This document shows positions 40,240 through 53,418 of a stretch of DNA of 64,000 nucleotides, one piece after another. Where the stretch lies: the NCBI RefSeq assembly GCF_006345805.1, contig NC_043004.1:104098001-104162000 (forward strand). Reading direction: 5' to 3'. This DNA is from Octopus sinensis (taxonomy: Eukaryota). Within the stretch, counting starts at the first letter, position 1. Every line of letters begins with the position of its first letter. The notes beneath the pieces were generated by a model. It saw only the letters and a program-made list of their open reading frames with translations. It searched no databases and was not told the DNA's origin. A program made the translations under genes and the position numbers.

Positions 40240-41750
40240 AACCGGATCTGTCTTATCCATTTCCACGGATGTTCGACACCAGCCTACGCATTGTCAAATC
40301 ATAGATACTAGACAAGTGTTATGCAGAATGATTTCGAGGTTTGGCTATTGACACTTCAGCTTCAGTAATGCATTTCCTGAATAGAATAGTCCTTGTCACA
40401 ATACTAGGTTAAGGACTTTACATAAAAGTCCTCCAGAAGTGCCCATTCGTTCGTTCTCAGCCGTATTCATGCATATCCTCCACTTATCCTCTAAGTGAAA
40501 TCAACAATAAACTGAATTCTCTAAGAGGCAGAGTGTAGTGAGCACCTGTCCAATTCCAGATGTTACATCCCCAACCTTGACTCTCGCTTCGCTTAAGATA
40601 ATAAATCTCTCAAAGAGAAAAGTTTCGAAAAGACGTGTCATGCGCACCGAGACTGTCATCGTTTTTGCAATGAACCTATGATCTTTGCTCGTGCGTCAGC
40701 GTCGACACATTCATACGCAACATCATCCACAGCATCTTGAAACTCCACTTAAGTGGGTGTTGGCAGCAGATGGGTCACTGACCAGTAAAACATGTCCATT
40801 AAGAAACGAAAGGGAATACGTTCCGGTCTGGTTAGGTGTTTCCTAGAACGAAGTAATACGGTCAGACGGTAACGCACCTCCGAAGTAATGTGAGTTACTT
40901 CTGCCTCCCCTCCTATGAAAAGTTCCCTCTCGACAATTTCTGGCTGAGATTAAAAACCATCTTCGTAACATCGTTCCTGTACTTTACAAGCCCAGCTCGA
41001 ATCAGAACGTAAGCATTTTAATTGTACTCTTTGTCCGACTGCAGAAATTGCCGCAGGCCAACAGGGACTTGACTCTCTAGATGCCGAGAGGCAAACCCAC
41101 CAAGTCTCGGTTGGTGCATAGAACCTTTTGGTTGTCTTCCATGATGGTACCGACTGCCTCGATATCTGAAGTGTTCACCACATGACGGTAATGTTCGTCC
41201 ACGTAAGCAGACTTGAGTCTCCTGTATCTCCGCTCCAACACGATTCTCCTCAAACTCACAAACATGTAGTAATGGTTCCAGTGACACAACATACAAAAGA
41301 AGAGAGACGTTGTAACCTTGATAGACCGAACACACTGAGTGAAAAGGTTTCGAGCGGTGGCCGTTAGGTTTGATCACAGACCAGATGGAACTATACACCG
41401 TAGGAATTTAGTTTCTCAAGAAGAGCCGAAACTGGCTGCTCTAAGGACGGCTACCGGATAGTGACGGTTGACCCTATCGCAAGCTTTAGATTGATTCAAA
41501 TTTATCGTCACTCTTCAGTCCCATTTGGCGTTGTGTTGCTCGAGGCAGCAGTTCTAGTAGACAGATCTGCTAAGTATCACAAGTTTGCGCGTTTCCGATA
41601 CACTAGTGATGGCAAGTACCAACCTCTTCATGACTACCGTGGGGAAAATCTTCAACTCTACGTTTTACAGTTATGGGTTTGAAGTTGCCCATCACATGTC
41701 CACTCCTGTTTAGATCCTTTGTCACCAGAATCACCGTTCCTGGAACGGTA
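40240..41750 (-). pseudogene. old Tx1/L1-like RT remnant
   Basis: NGHRSKPF..SVYQGYNVSLLLYVVSLEPLL (cf. QGCPLSP.L...EPL) and SAYVDE (cf. YADD). Confidence 0.75.
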
Positions 41751-41760
41751 TAACTGGGAA

Positions 41761-42177
41761 TAAGGCGGCGAGCTGGCAGAAACGTTAGCACGCTGGGCGA
41801 AGTGCTAAGCGGTATTTCGTCTGCCATTACGTTCTGAGTTCAAATTCCACCGAGGTCGACTTTGCCTTTCATCCTTTCGGGGTCGATTAAATAAGTACCA
41901 GTTACGCACTGGGGTCGATATAATCGATTTAATACCTATGTCTGTCCTTGTTTGTCCTCTCTGTGTTTAGCCCTTTGTGGGTAGTAAAGAAATAGGTATT
42001 TCGTCTGCCGTTACGTTCTGAGTTCAAATTCCGCCGAGGTCAACTTTGCCATTCATCCTTTCGGGGTCGATTAAATAAGTACCAGTTACGCACTGGGGTC
42101 GATATAATCGACTTAATCCGTTTGACTGTCCTTGTTTGTCTTCTCTGTGTTTAGCCCCTTGTGGGTAGTAAAGAATA
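41761..42177 (+). mobile_element. young dimeric SINE family B with LINE-like tail
   Basis: 14-bp TSD GGTATAACTGGGAA at 41747-41760 and 42178-42191; junction AAAGAAATA|GGTATTTCG near 41995. Confidence 0.93.
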
Positions 42178-42433
42178 GGTATAACTGGGAACGCTTCCAG
42201 TCTGCTGCTAGCTGCTGTAGATATCTGCTAAGGTATCAGCAGACAAGTTTTGTATGCTACGATAGACTTCGTAGTGATTAATATCCTATTTTTTGAAGAT
42301 TTGTCTATCGTGCAGCGGCACAACATGTCTTTCACTACGTCTGTTGAAATTGGCTTTTCACACCACTCTACGACCGCGTGTGTATCGTTGACGATTTTCT
42401 TTCTCCGTCTTCCCTTTTTTGGACATTTTCTAT

Positions 42434-42468
42434 ATTTCTGATGAAGAGCTCCGTACGAAACGTTAAAT
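42434..42468 (+). ncRNA. minimal type-I hammerhead
   Basis: ATTT-CTGATGA-A-GAGC tcc GTAC-GAAAC-GTT-AAAT; core intact, stem II weakened. Confidence 0.6.
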
Positions 42469-42573
42469 CCTCTTTATTTTTTTCCCTTTCCTGAGCGTCC
42501 AATAACACTGTACTTGTACCACGTCCTCGCATTGTTGTTGTTTATTTTTTGCTTGTTCATGTTTAGATTGATT

Positions 42574-42592
42574 ATGTATGTATGTATGTATG

Positions 42593-42623
<31 letters not shown>

Positions 42624-42668
42624 GTATGTATGTATGTATGTATGTATGTATGTATGTACGTACGTACG

Positions 42669-42699
<31 letters not shown>

Positions 42700-42716
42700 G
42701 TATGTATGTATGTATG

Positions 42717-42747
<31 letters not shown>

Positions 42748-43100
42748 GTATGTATGTAAGTATGTATGTATGTATGTACGTATGTATGTATGTATGTATG
42801 TATGTATGTATGCATGTGTGTATGTATGTACGTACGTATGTATGTATGTAGTTAAGTAGGTAGGTAGGTAGGTAGGTAGGTAGGTAGGTAGGTAGGTATA
42901 TACGTACGTACGGATGTATGTATGCTTGTATGTATGAATGTACGTATGTATGTGTGCTAGCATGTATGTATAAATGCACATATGTATGCAGACAAGTATG
43001 CATTACGTACATACATATGTATAAATGAATGTATGTATGTATGTATGTATGTATGTATGTATGTATGTATGTATGTATGTATTTATGTGTGTATGTATGT
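42574..43100. repeat. (TATG)n/(TAGG)n microsatellite
   Basis: Direct reading. Confidence 0.95.
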
Positions 43101-43647
43101 GTCTTTGTGAGTATAGATTGGAAGCAATTTTTGCTTGAGATAAAAAGTAGCAAACATTTAATCACAGAGCATAAAACATTAAAAATGCACCAGACTCAGT
43201 GAAAGGGTTTCCTGTTGCCTTTCCAAAACCCATCGAAGGATTTGGTTACTGTTCTGTGAACGAAGGAAACGCATGTCAACCAAAAGTTATGCTACATATC
43301 GTATGTTCACCAGTAAATTGCATCTGCCTGGAACATTTATTTACAGTTACGTAAACTATGTGAGAGTATTTGCACGATCTGCTAGAAATAGCAGTTGCAT
43401 CTCTCTCAAATCTCACCTTAGAGTTTTAAAAATGTAGGTAGCATTGGATAATGTAGTCCTTGGTATACTATGTCTGAAAATAAGATGGAATGGTAAGGTC
43501 ACAGGCTGTACTACCTTTAATATGTAGATAAATTACAACAATCCAAATGCATATGCTACCGTTTGTCTCTAACACATTTTTGCACTCTCCCAATTTGCAT
43601 CCCTATTTCTTTAATACATACATACATACATACATACATACATACAT

Positions 43648-44240
43648 GTCGCTAAAACAATATACAATGCCATCCGCAAAAAAGAATGTCTTTAAATAAA
43701 CTTAGAAAATCCCTCTGTTATGGAATACATTCATAAACACCAACTCAAGGAATTTTGGTGGAATATTCCCATCAAAACTTCTGTCAAATGTAAACATAAC
43801 ATACCAGATATTGTTGTTTGGGACAGAGGGGCAAAGGTATGTACTGTCATAGAGGTTAGCTGCCCTGAAGATGTAAATATCTCTTTGAAAATCAAAGAAA
43901 ATTAGAATATCTATGAACAACTGCTTTGAAACCTCCAGCTTCTATATTCAGACAATGAATTCATATTCATACCAGTAATAATTGAGCACTAGATTTTGTT
44001 AGTAAATGCTTAAAGGGGAATTTGCATAAACTGGGATTTTTCAGAAAGAGAAATCAACCAGTTAATTCGTACATTACAAGTATAATCTGTGAGTGGAACA
44101 GTAAAAACATGTAAGACTTTTATTAAGTTCCAAATGTGAACTTGTCTGTGTTAACCACATCCCAAAGATGGAACCTTGTACTTTTGTTGGAAACCGGCTC
44201 CCTCCTCAGTGGAAGATTTATAATAACTAAAAAATAGAAG
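43648..44240 (+). mobile_element. RLE-type LINE 3' fragment inside (ACAT)n
   Basis: WWNIPI...KHNIPDIVVWD....VIEVSCP (PD..E restriction-like endonuclease); (ACAT)n on both sides. Confidence 0.82.
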
Positions 44241-44265
44241 ATACATACATACATACATACATACA

Positions 44266-44295
<30 letters not shown>

Positions 44296-44296
<1 letters not shown>

Positions 44297-44590
44297 TTCC
44301 AGACTATGAATTCATATTCATACCAATAATAATTGGAGCACTAGGTTTTGTTAGTAAATGCTTCAAGAAGAATCTGGATAAGCTGAGATTTTCAGAAAAA
44401 GAAATCGACCAGCTAATTCGTACGTTACAAGTGTAATCAGTGAGTGGAACAGTAAAAATATGTAAGATTTTTCTCAAGTTCCAAATGTGAATTTGTCTGT
44501 GTTAATTACATCCCAAAGATGGAGCCTTGTATCTTTGTTGGAAACCGGCTCCCTCCTCAGTAGAAGATTTATAATAATTTCTTGTAAAAG

Positions 44591-44591
<1 letters not shown>
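44296..44591 (+). mobile_element. second, shorter copy of the same RLE LINE 3' end
   Basis: Direct repeat of about 43945-44230, followed by (AAT)n. Confidence 0.85.
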
Positions 44592-44631
<40 letters not shown>

Positions 44632-44726
44632 TAATAATAATAATAATAATGAGCTTCTAACTTTCTCTTGAGGTCTCTGGGTAAGACTTGGCGCCAGCTT
44701 GCACAAATACAAAGCAAAAGTCAAGC

Positions 44727-44769
<43 letters not shown>

Positions 44770-44855
44770 CTCTTTATTGGCTGCCAGGGCCGAACACAAA
44801 ACATAAAGGATGATACACAGACATGGAACAGTGGGTTTAAATGTGTAAACAGCAA

Positions 44856-44893
<38 letters not shown>

Positions 44894-44896
<3 letters not shown>

Positions 44897-45462
44897 GGCG
44901 GCAAGCTGGCAGAATCGTTAGCACGCTGGGTAAAATGCTTAGCAGCATTTCGCCTGTCCTTACATTCTGAGTTCAAATTCCGTCAGGGTCGATTTTGCCT
45001 TTCAATAATAATAATTTCTTTTTATTAGCCACAGGGGTATGGATAAGGCGGGACATCACAAGAGAAAACAATAATTTGTGTGGGGGATAGTGTGGTAAGA
45101 AGCTTGCTTCCCAATCACATGGTTCCGAGTTCAGTCCCATTGCATGGCACCTTGGGCAAATGTCTTCTCTTACAGCTTTGGGTTGACCAAAGCCCTTGTG
45201 AGTGGATTTAGTGGACGGAAACAAAAAGAAGCCTGTCGTATGTACATATTTGTGTGTCTGTGTTTGTCCCCCACCACCAGCATCACTTGATAACCGATGT
45301 TGGTGTGTTTACATCCCCATACTTTGTGACTCGGTGAAAGAGACCAATAGAATAAGTACTAGGCTTACAACGAATAAGTCCTTGGGTTGGTTTGTTTGAC
45401 TAAAAGTGGTACTCCAGCATGGCCGCAGTCAAAAGACTGAAACAAGTAAAAGAATAAAAGAA
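44894..45462 (+). mobile_element. SINE B fragment followed by SINE A
   Basis: Family motifs with partial CpG decay. Confidence 0.8.
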
Positions 45463-45641
45463 CATATATATATATATATATATATACAGTGTACATTGAA
45501 ACACATAAGAAGCATCCATCATAGAACTCCTTGCACGCTAGAGAGAACAGTTAAATTCCAAACCATTATTAAGGATAAAAGTTTGAAGGGAATGAAAAAT
45601 AAAAGCATTTACCATCTAACTCCTATATATATATGTGTGTA

Positions 45642-45706
<65 letters not shown>

Positions 45707-45737
45707 CATATCTGTATGTATGTAGTATGTATGTATG

Positions 45738-45790
<53 letters not shown>

Positions 45791-46889
45791 CTTATAAATA
45801 AGGGCAAACGAAAAAAAAAACCTTTAAATGCTGGCCATTGATAAAAATTTTTTCGAAAAAATTTTATCCTACATTAAATATATATATATATATATATATA
45901 TCATCATCGTTTAACGTCCGTTCTCCATGCTATATATATATATATGTATGTATATATGTATGTATATACATATGTATGTTATGTATGTGTGAGTATATAT
46001 ATATATATATATATATATATCCTAATAAATACTCTGTCAATTTAACATGAGATATTTGTTTCATGAATTAATATCCAAGTTTCCTTTTTCCTTTTCTGGC
46101 ATGATTTCGCTGAATTCGGTAATTGACTTCTGTTTCTGGAGCACCATCAAAAACCAGATCAGCCCCTGGATAGGTCAGAGGTCTTTTAGAAATGGCTTTC
46201 CAATGGGACGATATGAACTTAGCCTCAAAAGACAATGGACTCACACAACACTGCCACCCCTGTTTTAGAGTCATCACTTGTATAACTCTAGCATCTGTGG
46301 TACTTTCAGCTACGTTATCAAATGAAGGAACCTTTACATGGATATTCAATAAACTAGAAATAGCAGCTAAATCTCACTAAAATAACTCTACCCTAATGCA
46401 GAGTTTCTTAAACTGGATCTGTATAAAAACAAAAACCTTGCCATTATTCCTTGAGATTAGGTGTCTTCTAATAAAATTTAATAAATATTTTAACAGAAAC
46501 ATTGTGTTCATTATTTTCAAAATTATGAGTTATTTTCTGATTTTTATGTGAATAAATTTTCCCTCTAAAAGAGTTTTTGTTTCATTTAATATTTTGTTAA
46601 AATTACATTGTCTGTAAAATAAAGGTATTAATTTCAGTTAATTGGTTAAATATTAACTGATTAATAAGAATGATTTCAAATTTTCAGCACTGGGCCAGTA
46701 GTTTTTGAGTTGAGGGGAAATCGATTACATCAGTCCTGGTACTTGTCTGGTACTTGTTTTAAAAGGATGAAAGGCTAAGTCCACCTTGGTGAAATTTGAG
46801 CTCACACGGTAAAGACAGATGAAATACCAAATGCCACTAAACATTTTATCTAGCATGCTAATGGTCCTGACACTCTGCCTTTACTTGAT

Positions 46890-46920
<31 letters not shown>

Positions 46921-46928
46921 AATAATAA

Positions 46929-46959
<31 letters not shown>

Positions 46960-47037
46960 AAGAAGAGAAGAAGAAGAAGGAGGAGGAGGAGGAGGAGGAG
47001 GAGGAGGAGGAGAAGAAGAAGAAGAAGAAGAAGAAGA
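46890..47037. repeat. compound triplet repeat GAT-AAT-AAG-AGG-AAG
   Basis: Direct reading. Confidence 0.95.
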
Positions 47038-47129
47038 CAGCTGAGATTTCCCAATCCAAACAGATCAGGTGCTAGAGCATAACAGACCAGACCTAGTGGT
47101 GGTGGGCAAGGTACACCACATATGCTATA

Positions 47130-47500
47130 TAGTTGATGTTGCATGCCCCTTTGGCCCATGAATAGTTGAGAAGGCCAAAAGATTGATAGATACAACCCTC
47201 TTGGGTACAAAATAGCCTGGCTATGGAAAATGAAAAAGGTGAAGATAGTGCCAATTATTGTTGGTTCCTTGGGGACAGTATCAGAAGGCATCAAGAGGAA
47301 TATAAAGGAAATTGGAATAGAGTGCCCAGTAGAACTGTTGTTACAAAAGGTTTACCTCCTTGGCATGGCCAGAATAAACAGGAAAGTATTAGATAGCTGT
47401 AAAGAATGGATAGCATGCTACCGTATGCTGCAGGTAGTAAGCCCGCTATGCATGCAAGACTCCAGGATGATTCAGCTAATGATTCAGCCAGCTCACTTCC
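47130..47500 (+). mobile_element. R4/Dong-type RLE LINE 3' fragment
   Basis: VKIVPIIVGSLG...LQKVYLLGMARINRKVL; followed by (AAT)n. Confidence 0.75.
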
Positions 47501-47562
<62 letters not shown>

Positions 47563-47774
47563 CCTTTCTACTAGAGGCACAAGGGCTAAAATTTGAAGGG
47601 AGGGGATAGCTGATTACATCGGCCTCAGTGTTTCACTTGCACTTAATTTATTAACCCCAAAAGGATGAAAGGCAATGTCAACCTTGGAGGAATTTGAACC
47701 TAGAACATGAAGACACATGAAATACCGCTAAGCATTTCACCCAGCGTGCTAACAATTTTGCCAACTTGCTTGGA

Positions 47775-47967
47775 ACTATCTTTGGTTCTGTGATAGAAAC
47801 AATGTTTTAAATTGATGTAAATTAAAAACCTTCCATCAAAATTTCCATCAAAATGTTCCAAACACCAGCTTAATAACAACAAAATTATTTTACTAAATTC
47901 TTTTGTTTTCCCAAAATTAACTGAAACAAACAATGTATTTCAAATAAAAAATATAATAACAAAAGGG
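47775..47967. mobile_element. partial piggyBac-type MITE
   Basis: Homologous to 49802-50021; ends AACAAAAGGG-TTAA. Confidence 0.65.
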
Positions 47968-48134
47968 TTAAGACAGAAAAACTAAACAACGGTAGTGTTG
48001 AGTTTTTTTGGTTATTTTATTTTAATTTATTTTTATTTTCTGTCTCACGTCAGTGCTTTTCCACTTCAAATTCACTTCACTTCAAACCAAATTTTGCTTC
48101 TCTGCATCTTAACTCTACATTGCAATTTTAGCAG

Positions 48135-48232
48135 ACGTTCATGGTTCTTGCATTAGAGGTATTTCATAGTTTGTGGCAGCACCATGTGTTATAATGTCTC
48201 ATATCAATAAAGTTCCAATTGACACAGACATC

Positions 48233-48273
<41 letters not shown>

Positions 48274-48379
48274 TATTAGGGGTTTATTAACAGCTCAGTT
48301 TACTTATTAAAACTTGGGTTTACATATTTCAGATGAAAATCTTTTTATTGACATCCGAGTTTATTGTGAAAACTGCTGA
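48135..48379 (+). CDS. candidate terminal host exons 48135-48158 and 48333-48379 (…VHGSCIRDENLFIDIRVYCENC*)
   Basis: AG/GT and TTTCAG boundaries, unique sequence, AATAAA at 48579; similarity to a MATH/TRAF C-terminal strand is by eye only. Confidence 0.25.
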
Positions 48380-48779
48380 GAAGATGATTTAGATGGTAGT
48401 AAAATGTACAAAATGTTTAATGGCTCGCTGCCTCTTTTCTATACTGTTTTCAATTTCCAAAGGATTTCAACTTCAGCTTTCCAAGGAAGATAAAATTACT
48501 CCCATTTATACATTGTGGTTGAGTGATCCAAACATCTTATGCCTTACATATATTGTATATCTGTTCTTGTGTTTGCTGAATAAAGAAATTGCATGAATAC
48601 ATATTTTTTGTATATTGACGTATAAAAAGTTATACAAATGTTGACGTATTTGTTAAGACATTTGACAAATATATTTATAAATCAATGCATAAGTTTACAC
48701 AGGGAGAAATTAGTTTCCAGTGATAAAGTTTAATAAATGTGAGATATATGTGGTGAAATTAAATAGAAAATACCTTGCA

Positions 48780-49150
48780 TAGGCATAGACATGGCTGTGT
48801 GGCAAGAAGCTTGCTTCGCAGCCATGTGATCTTGGGTTCCATCCCACTGCAGCCCCAGGCCAACCAATGCCTTGTGAGTGGATTTAATGAATGAAAAATG
48901 TACCCCCACCACCTCTTGACAACCAGTGTTAGTTTATTCTTTTACTTGTTTCAGTCATTTTGACTGTGACCATGCTGGAGCACCGCCTTTAATCGAACAC
49001 ATTGATGCCAGTACTTATTCTTTGTAAGCCTAGTACTTATTCTATCAGTCACTTTTGCTGGACTGCTAAGTTATAGGGACATAAACACACCAGCATCGGT
49101 TGTCAAGCGATGGTGGAGAGGGGGAAAACACAGACACACAAACAACTATT

Positions 49151-49182
<32 letters not shown>

Positions 49183-49460
49183 TGTATACAACGGGCTTCT
49201 TTCAGTTCCTGTTTACTAAATCCACTCACATGGCTTTGGTTGGCCCAAGGCTATGGAAAAAGACACTTGCCCAATGTCCCATGCAGTGACCTTCACTGTA
49301 ACTTAGTGATTCAGCAAAAAGAGACCAATAGAATAAGGTAAGTACCAGACTTAAAAATAAGTACTGGGATTGCTTGTCCAACTAAACCCCTCAAGGTAGT
49401 GGTCCCTAAATAGCTTTAATCCAATGACTGAAACAAGTATAAGATAAAAGGATAAAAAAG
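48780..49460. mobile_element. SINE A (+) with a nested SINE A (-, about 48938-49288)
   Basis: Head at 48780, inverted copy, tail resumes about 49295. Confidence 0.75.
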
Positions 49461-49759
49461 AATTATCTACACTGGATACAACAAATCCTGAATGTTCCTT
49501 TCATATAAACTATGTTATCTTCTCAAATAATCCTTAATTTTCTGCATTTTAAATGGATACTAACGAGAGAGAATCTAACCTTAAACTTTAGTTCAGTCTT
49601 CATACCAAATTTTAAGTTTAACACCATTCCAGGCCCTAAAACAACCCTATTTCTAAATGTAATCCTAATCATAATCCAAACTCTGAACTCTCTGCGAGCA
49701 TTATGACAATGAATATTCCAGCAGATTTGGTCAATGAAATAATCCACTAGCAAAATTTA

Positions 49760-50230
49760 CGGGCAAGTGGCTGAGCACTCCACAGACACACATATCCTTA
49801 ACCGTTTCATTACCAGCCTGACTGAAACCAGCTCTCGTTCTGAGTACAAATGCCTTGTTTTCATAAGTTTTGAATTAAAATCTTCCACCAAACCTTAGTC
49901 ACAATTTATGTTCCTAACACTAGCTGAATGATAACTGAGTTATTTTACTAAATTCTTTGGTATATTTAAAGTAATTGAAAGAAACACAGAGCATCTCAAC
50001 AGAAATACAGTAACAAAAGGGTTAATGTAGTTCTCAGGGAGACTCAGCGTGACACACAGAATATGACAAGGCTGGCTCACTGAATTACAGGTACAAGTCA
50101 CTTTTGCTAGTTGAGTGGTCTGAAGCAAAGTGAAATAAAATACCTTGCTCAAGGACACAATGTATCGCTGGGATCAAACTCACAACCTTAGGAATATGAG
50201 CCAAATACACTAACCACTTAGCCATGTGCC
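49760..50230 (-). mobile_element. tRNA/CORE SINE split by a MITE
   Basis: Head GGCACATGGCTAAGTGGTTAG, TGTGTCCTTGAGCAAG core. Confidence 0.75.
49802..50021. mobile_element. piggyBac-type MITE
   Basis: TTAA duplicated (49798-49801, 50022-50025); imperfect TIR CCGTTTCATTAC / GTAACAAAAGGG. Confidence 0.75.
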
Positions 50231-51164
50231 TTCTCTGAATTCTAATATCAACTTCAACCCTAAACTTTACTACCTTTAACCCTAACCATAAATATAACCA
50301 TCACCCTGAAAACACTACACCACCCAAAGCACAGACTTACATGTAAAACTAATAAAAGTTTAAAGGCCCTTATTGTGTTTTTTGTGTATTTCACTGATTG
50401 AATCAGTTAGACATAAGTAATATTTATATTAGGTGACCCCTGCTAAACATTTCAAGCTTGCTTGGTTCTAGTTCCCAGGTGCACGTTGAAAGTTTTTGTG
50501 GCATGAAAACTTCATTAACAAACAACTACATGTGTAAGCTATGGTAATCCTGAAATTTCTTTTTTAAGTTTGCTTTTCAATTCCTTACCTAACACCTTTA
50601 ATTAGGAAAAAGGAGTGAAGCCAGACATTATGATGTTGAGGTGTTAACAGATGAGGGAGGAATAATAACATAAAGGGAGCAACGTGAATATCTGGGGCAA
50701 AATAAACATGGTCGAGATACCATCTCCTGATCAGAATCTCCTGCTAGTTTCTCTTCAGAGATGCAAATTCTACATCACAACTGCCTTCCATCTTCCCTCC
50801 TAGCTGTGTTCCACTGCCTCCCATAACCTACAATTTCTGCTTCTCTAAACCTAGTTTATTTAAGCCAACACCACCCCACACTTAGATATATATGCTTGTC
50901 ACACCCTTCTCTTCTTCTCTCGAACTCCACACCATGTTGCAATGTATATCCTAGTAGACTTCCATTCTAAAGAATTTTATAAAATCCTTCCTGTCTAAAT
51001 CTGTGCATCTCTGGAGCTTCTTCCTGGTAAACATGTTACAATGGAATAAGAAACTCAATCTCCAATGAAGTAAGAGGGCTAGTGGAGTTAGAAGCAACAT
51101 AAAGGACCTTGTATGCCAGAAGAGTAAAGAGTAAACTATGGCCTATGGAAATTCCTGAGTGGTA

Positions 51165-51480
51165 CACAAAGCAGAGTTGATACCAAAGAAATTAAAAAAA
51201 ATTGAGGAATATCAGGATCTAGCCATAGAACTGAGGAAACAATGGAAGACCAAAACAACAATTGTTCCTGTAGTAATTGGTGCTTTTTGCACAAAACCCA
51301 AAATGCTTACTAAAAGACTGAAAGAAATTGGAACTGAAACTCATATTGTGAATCTGCAGGAAAGCACCATCCTACATTCTGCAAGAATTCTAAGGAGGAT
51401 TCTTGAGATTTGAGGAGACATGTTGTCACCAAACATCAAGATAGAATACCTGCTAACTAAATTAACATGTACTAGTGTAA
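51165..51480 (+). mobile_element. R4/Dong-type RLE LINE 3' fragment
   Basis: KIEEYQDLAIELRKQW...IVPVVIGA...LQESTILHSARILRRIL; followed by long (AAT)n. Confidence 0.82.
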
Positions 51481-51488
51481 TAATGATA

Positions 51489-51569
<81 letters not shown>

Positions 51570-51571
<2 letters not shown>

Positions 51572-52107
51572 GTTTCAAATTTTAGCACAAAGCCAGCAAT
51601 TCGAGGGAGGGGATAGGTTGGTTATATCAATCCCACTGCTGGAGTGGTATTTGTTTTATCAACCCTGAAAGGATGGAAAGCAAAGTTGACCTCGGCTGAA
51701 TTCGAACTCAGAACGTAAGGACTAACAGAATACCATAAAGCATTTTACCCAATGAACTAACAATTCCTCCAGCTCACCGCCTAAATAATGGTAATAACAG
51801 CAACAGCAACAACAACAATGATAACAGTGATGATGATGATGACGATTTTTTTTTTTTCCACCAGGGTAATGAATGAGGGGGACAATTTAATAATGTTAAT
51901 ATTAATCCTTCCTACTAAAGGCACAAGGGGGAAGGGACTAGTTGATTACATGGACCCCAGTACTCAACTGGTACTTATTTTATTGACCCTGAAAGGAAGA
52001 AAGGCAAAGTTGACCTTGGCAGAACTCAAAACTCAGAACGTAAGGAGAGATGAAATGCCGCAAAGCATTTTGTCCAGTGAGCAAACAATGCCGCCTGCTC
52101 TCTGCCT
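51570..52107 (-). mobile_element. two SINE family B copies
   Basis: Family motifs, CpG-decayed. Confidence 0.8.
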
Positions 52108-52265
52108 AAATAATAGCAACAACAACAATAACAATCAACAATGACGACGATGATGATGATGATGATGATGATGAGGAGGAGGAGGAGGAGGGGGGATTTC
52201 TTTTATTTGCCACAAGGCCAATAGATGAGGGGAACAATACAATAATAATAATAATAATAATCATA

Positions 52266-52360
<95 letters not shown>

Positions 52361-52889
52361 AATAAAAGTTCAGATGTGATAAATGATGTAAGGAAGAGAT
52401 AAGGTCCTAATGAGCTTCGCCTGTAGCCTAGTTTCAAATTCATAGTTATAGCTATTTCATTTCAGTTACACGAGTGCTAATGAAAAAGACATGAATGTTA
52501 TTGCACAATCATATTCCTCTTCCCTTGTAAATTTGTAGCTTTGTGCCTATGTAAGGAAATCAATACTGAAGTTGAGAAACGAATCATTATGGGGATAATA
52601 AATCAGAAACAATATAGTGTTAGTCACAGAAAGCTGGGCAACTGATAATATACACATTCTCTAATATATAATTGAGAAGTAATTGTCAGAGATTTATTGT
52701 AGTTTTATAGACTTTGTAACCATCTATTATAAGTAAACTGTTTATAAACCAACAAGGGATCATCTCTATAGTCACTCAACCTGGTAGAAATAGCAACTGA
52801 ATCTCCCTCAAATCAAACACGAATGTCGATGAAAAAGATTATGAATCCGGATGATGAATTAGCAGAACTGTTAGAAGAGTGGCCTAGAC

Positions 52890-53190
52890 GCCTTTGTTCA
52901 CATTTGGGACAGTGCTGCTGCTGCTGTGTATACAAGCATCCTAGACAGAATCATAAACTCTGCAGAAAAGTTCACTCCACTGATTGGGATAAAGTTAATC
53001 ACCATAATGCTTCAGTCTCTAGTCCATAGACATTTTGTCTCCATACTTTTCCTCTTCTGCCACTATTACAGCAGCATCTACTCTTAAAAGCTACCTGGTC
53101 TCTTACAACCTCCACTCAGGTCCCCATCTTATACACTTGGCTCTGCTCCGTCCATTACCCATATTGTCTCCCACTCAGCTCATGTTAAGC
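52890..53190 (+). mobile_element. Jockey/L2/CR1-group LINE RT C-terminal remnant
   Basis: CSHIWDSA...ILDRI and LQSLVHR (cf. YCSHIW...LDRVQ...L.PL.HRR). Confidence 0.55.
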
Positions 53191-53202
53191 AACGGGAAAA
53201 TA

Positions 53203-53418
53203 TTGGTTTTTAATTTTGGCACAAGACCAGCGACTTGGTGGGGAGGGGTTAAGTTGATTACATTAACCCCAGTGTTCAACTGGTGCTTATTTTATTGACC
53301 CTGAAAGGACAAAAGACAAAGTTGACCTCAGCAGAATTTGAACTCAGAACATAGGGCAAATGAAATACCGCTAAGCATTTTGCCTGATGTATTAATGATT
53401 CTGTCAGCTCACTGCCTT
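53203..53418 (-). mobile_element. SINE family B
   Basis: Family motifs. Confidence 0.8.

Noticed and set aside
46047-46380. ORFs with Tc1-like (DFCFWSTIK) or MATH-like (GTFTW) snippets
   Set aside because: Conflicting short resemblances; the 3' part runs into a dispersed repeat (TAGAAATAGCA, also at about 43383 and 52785)
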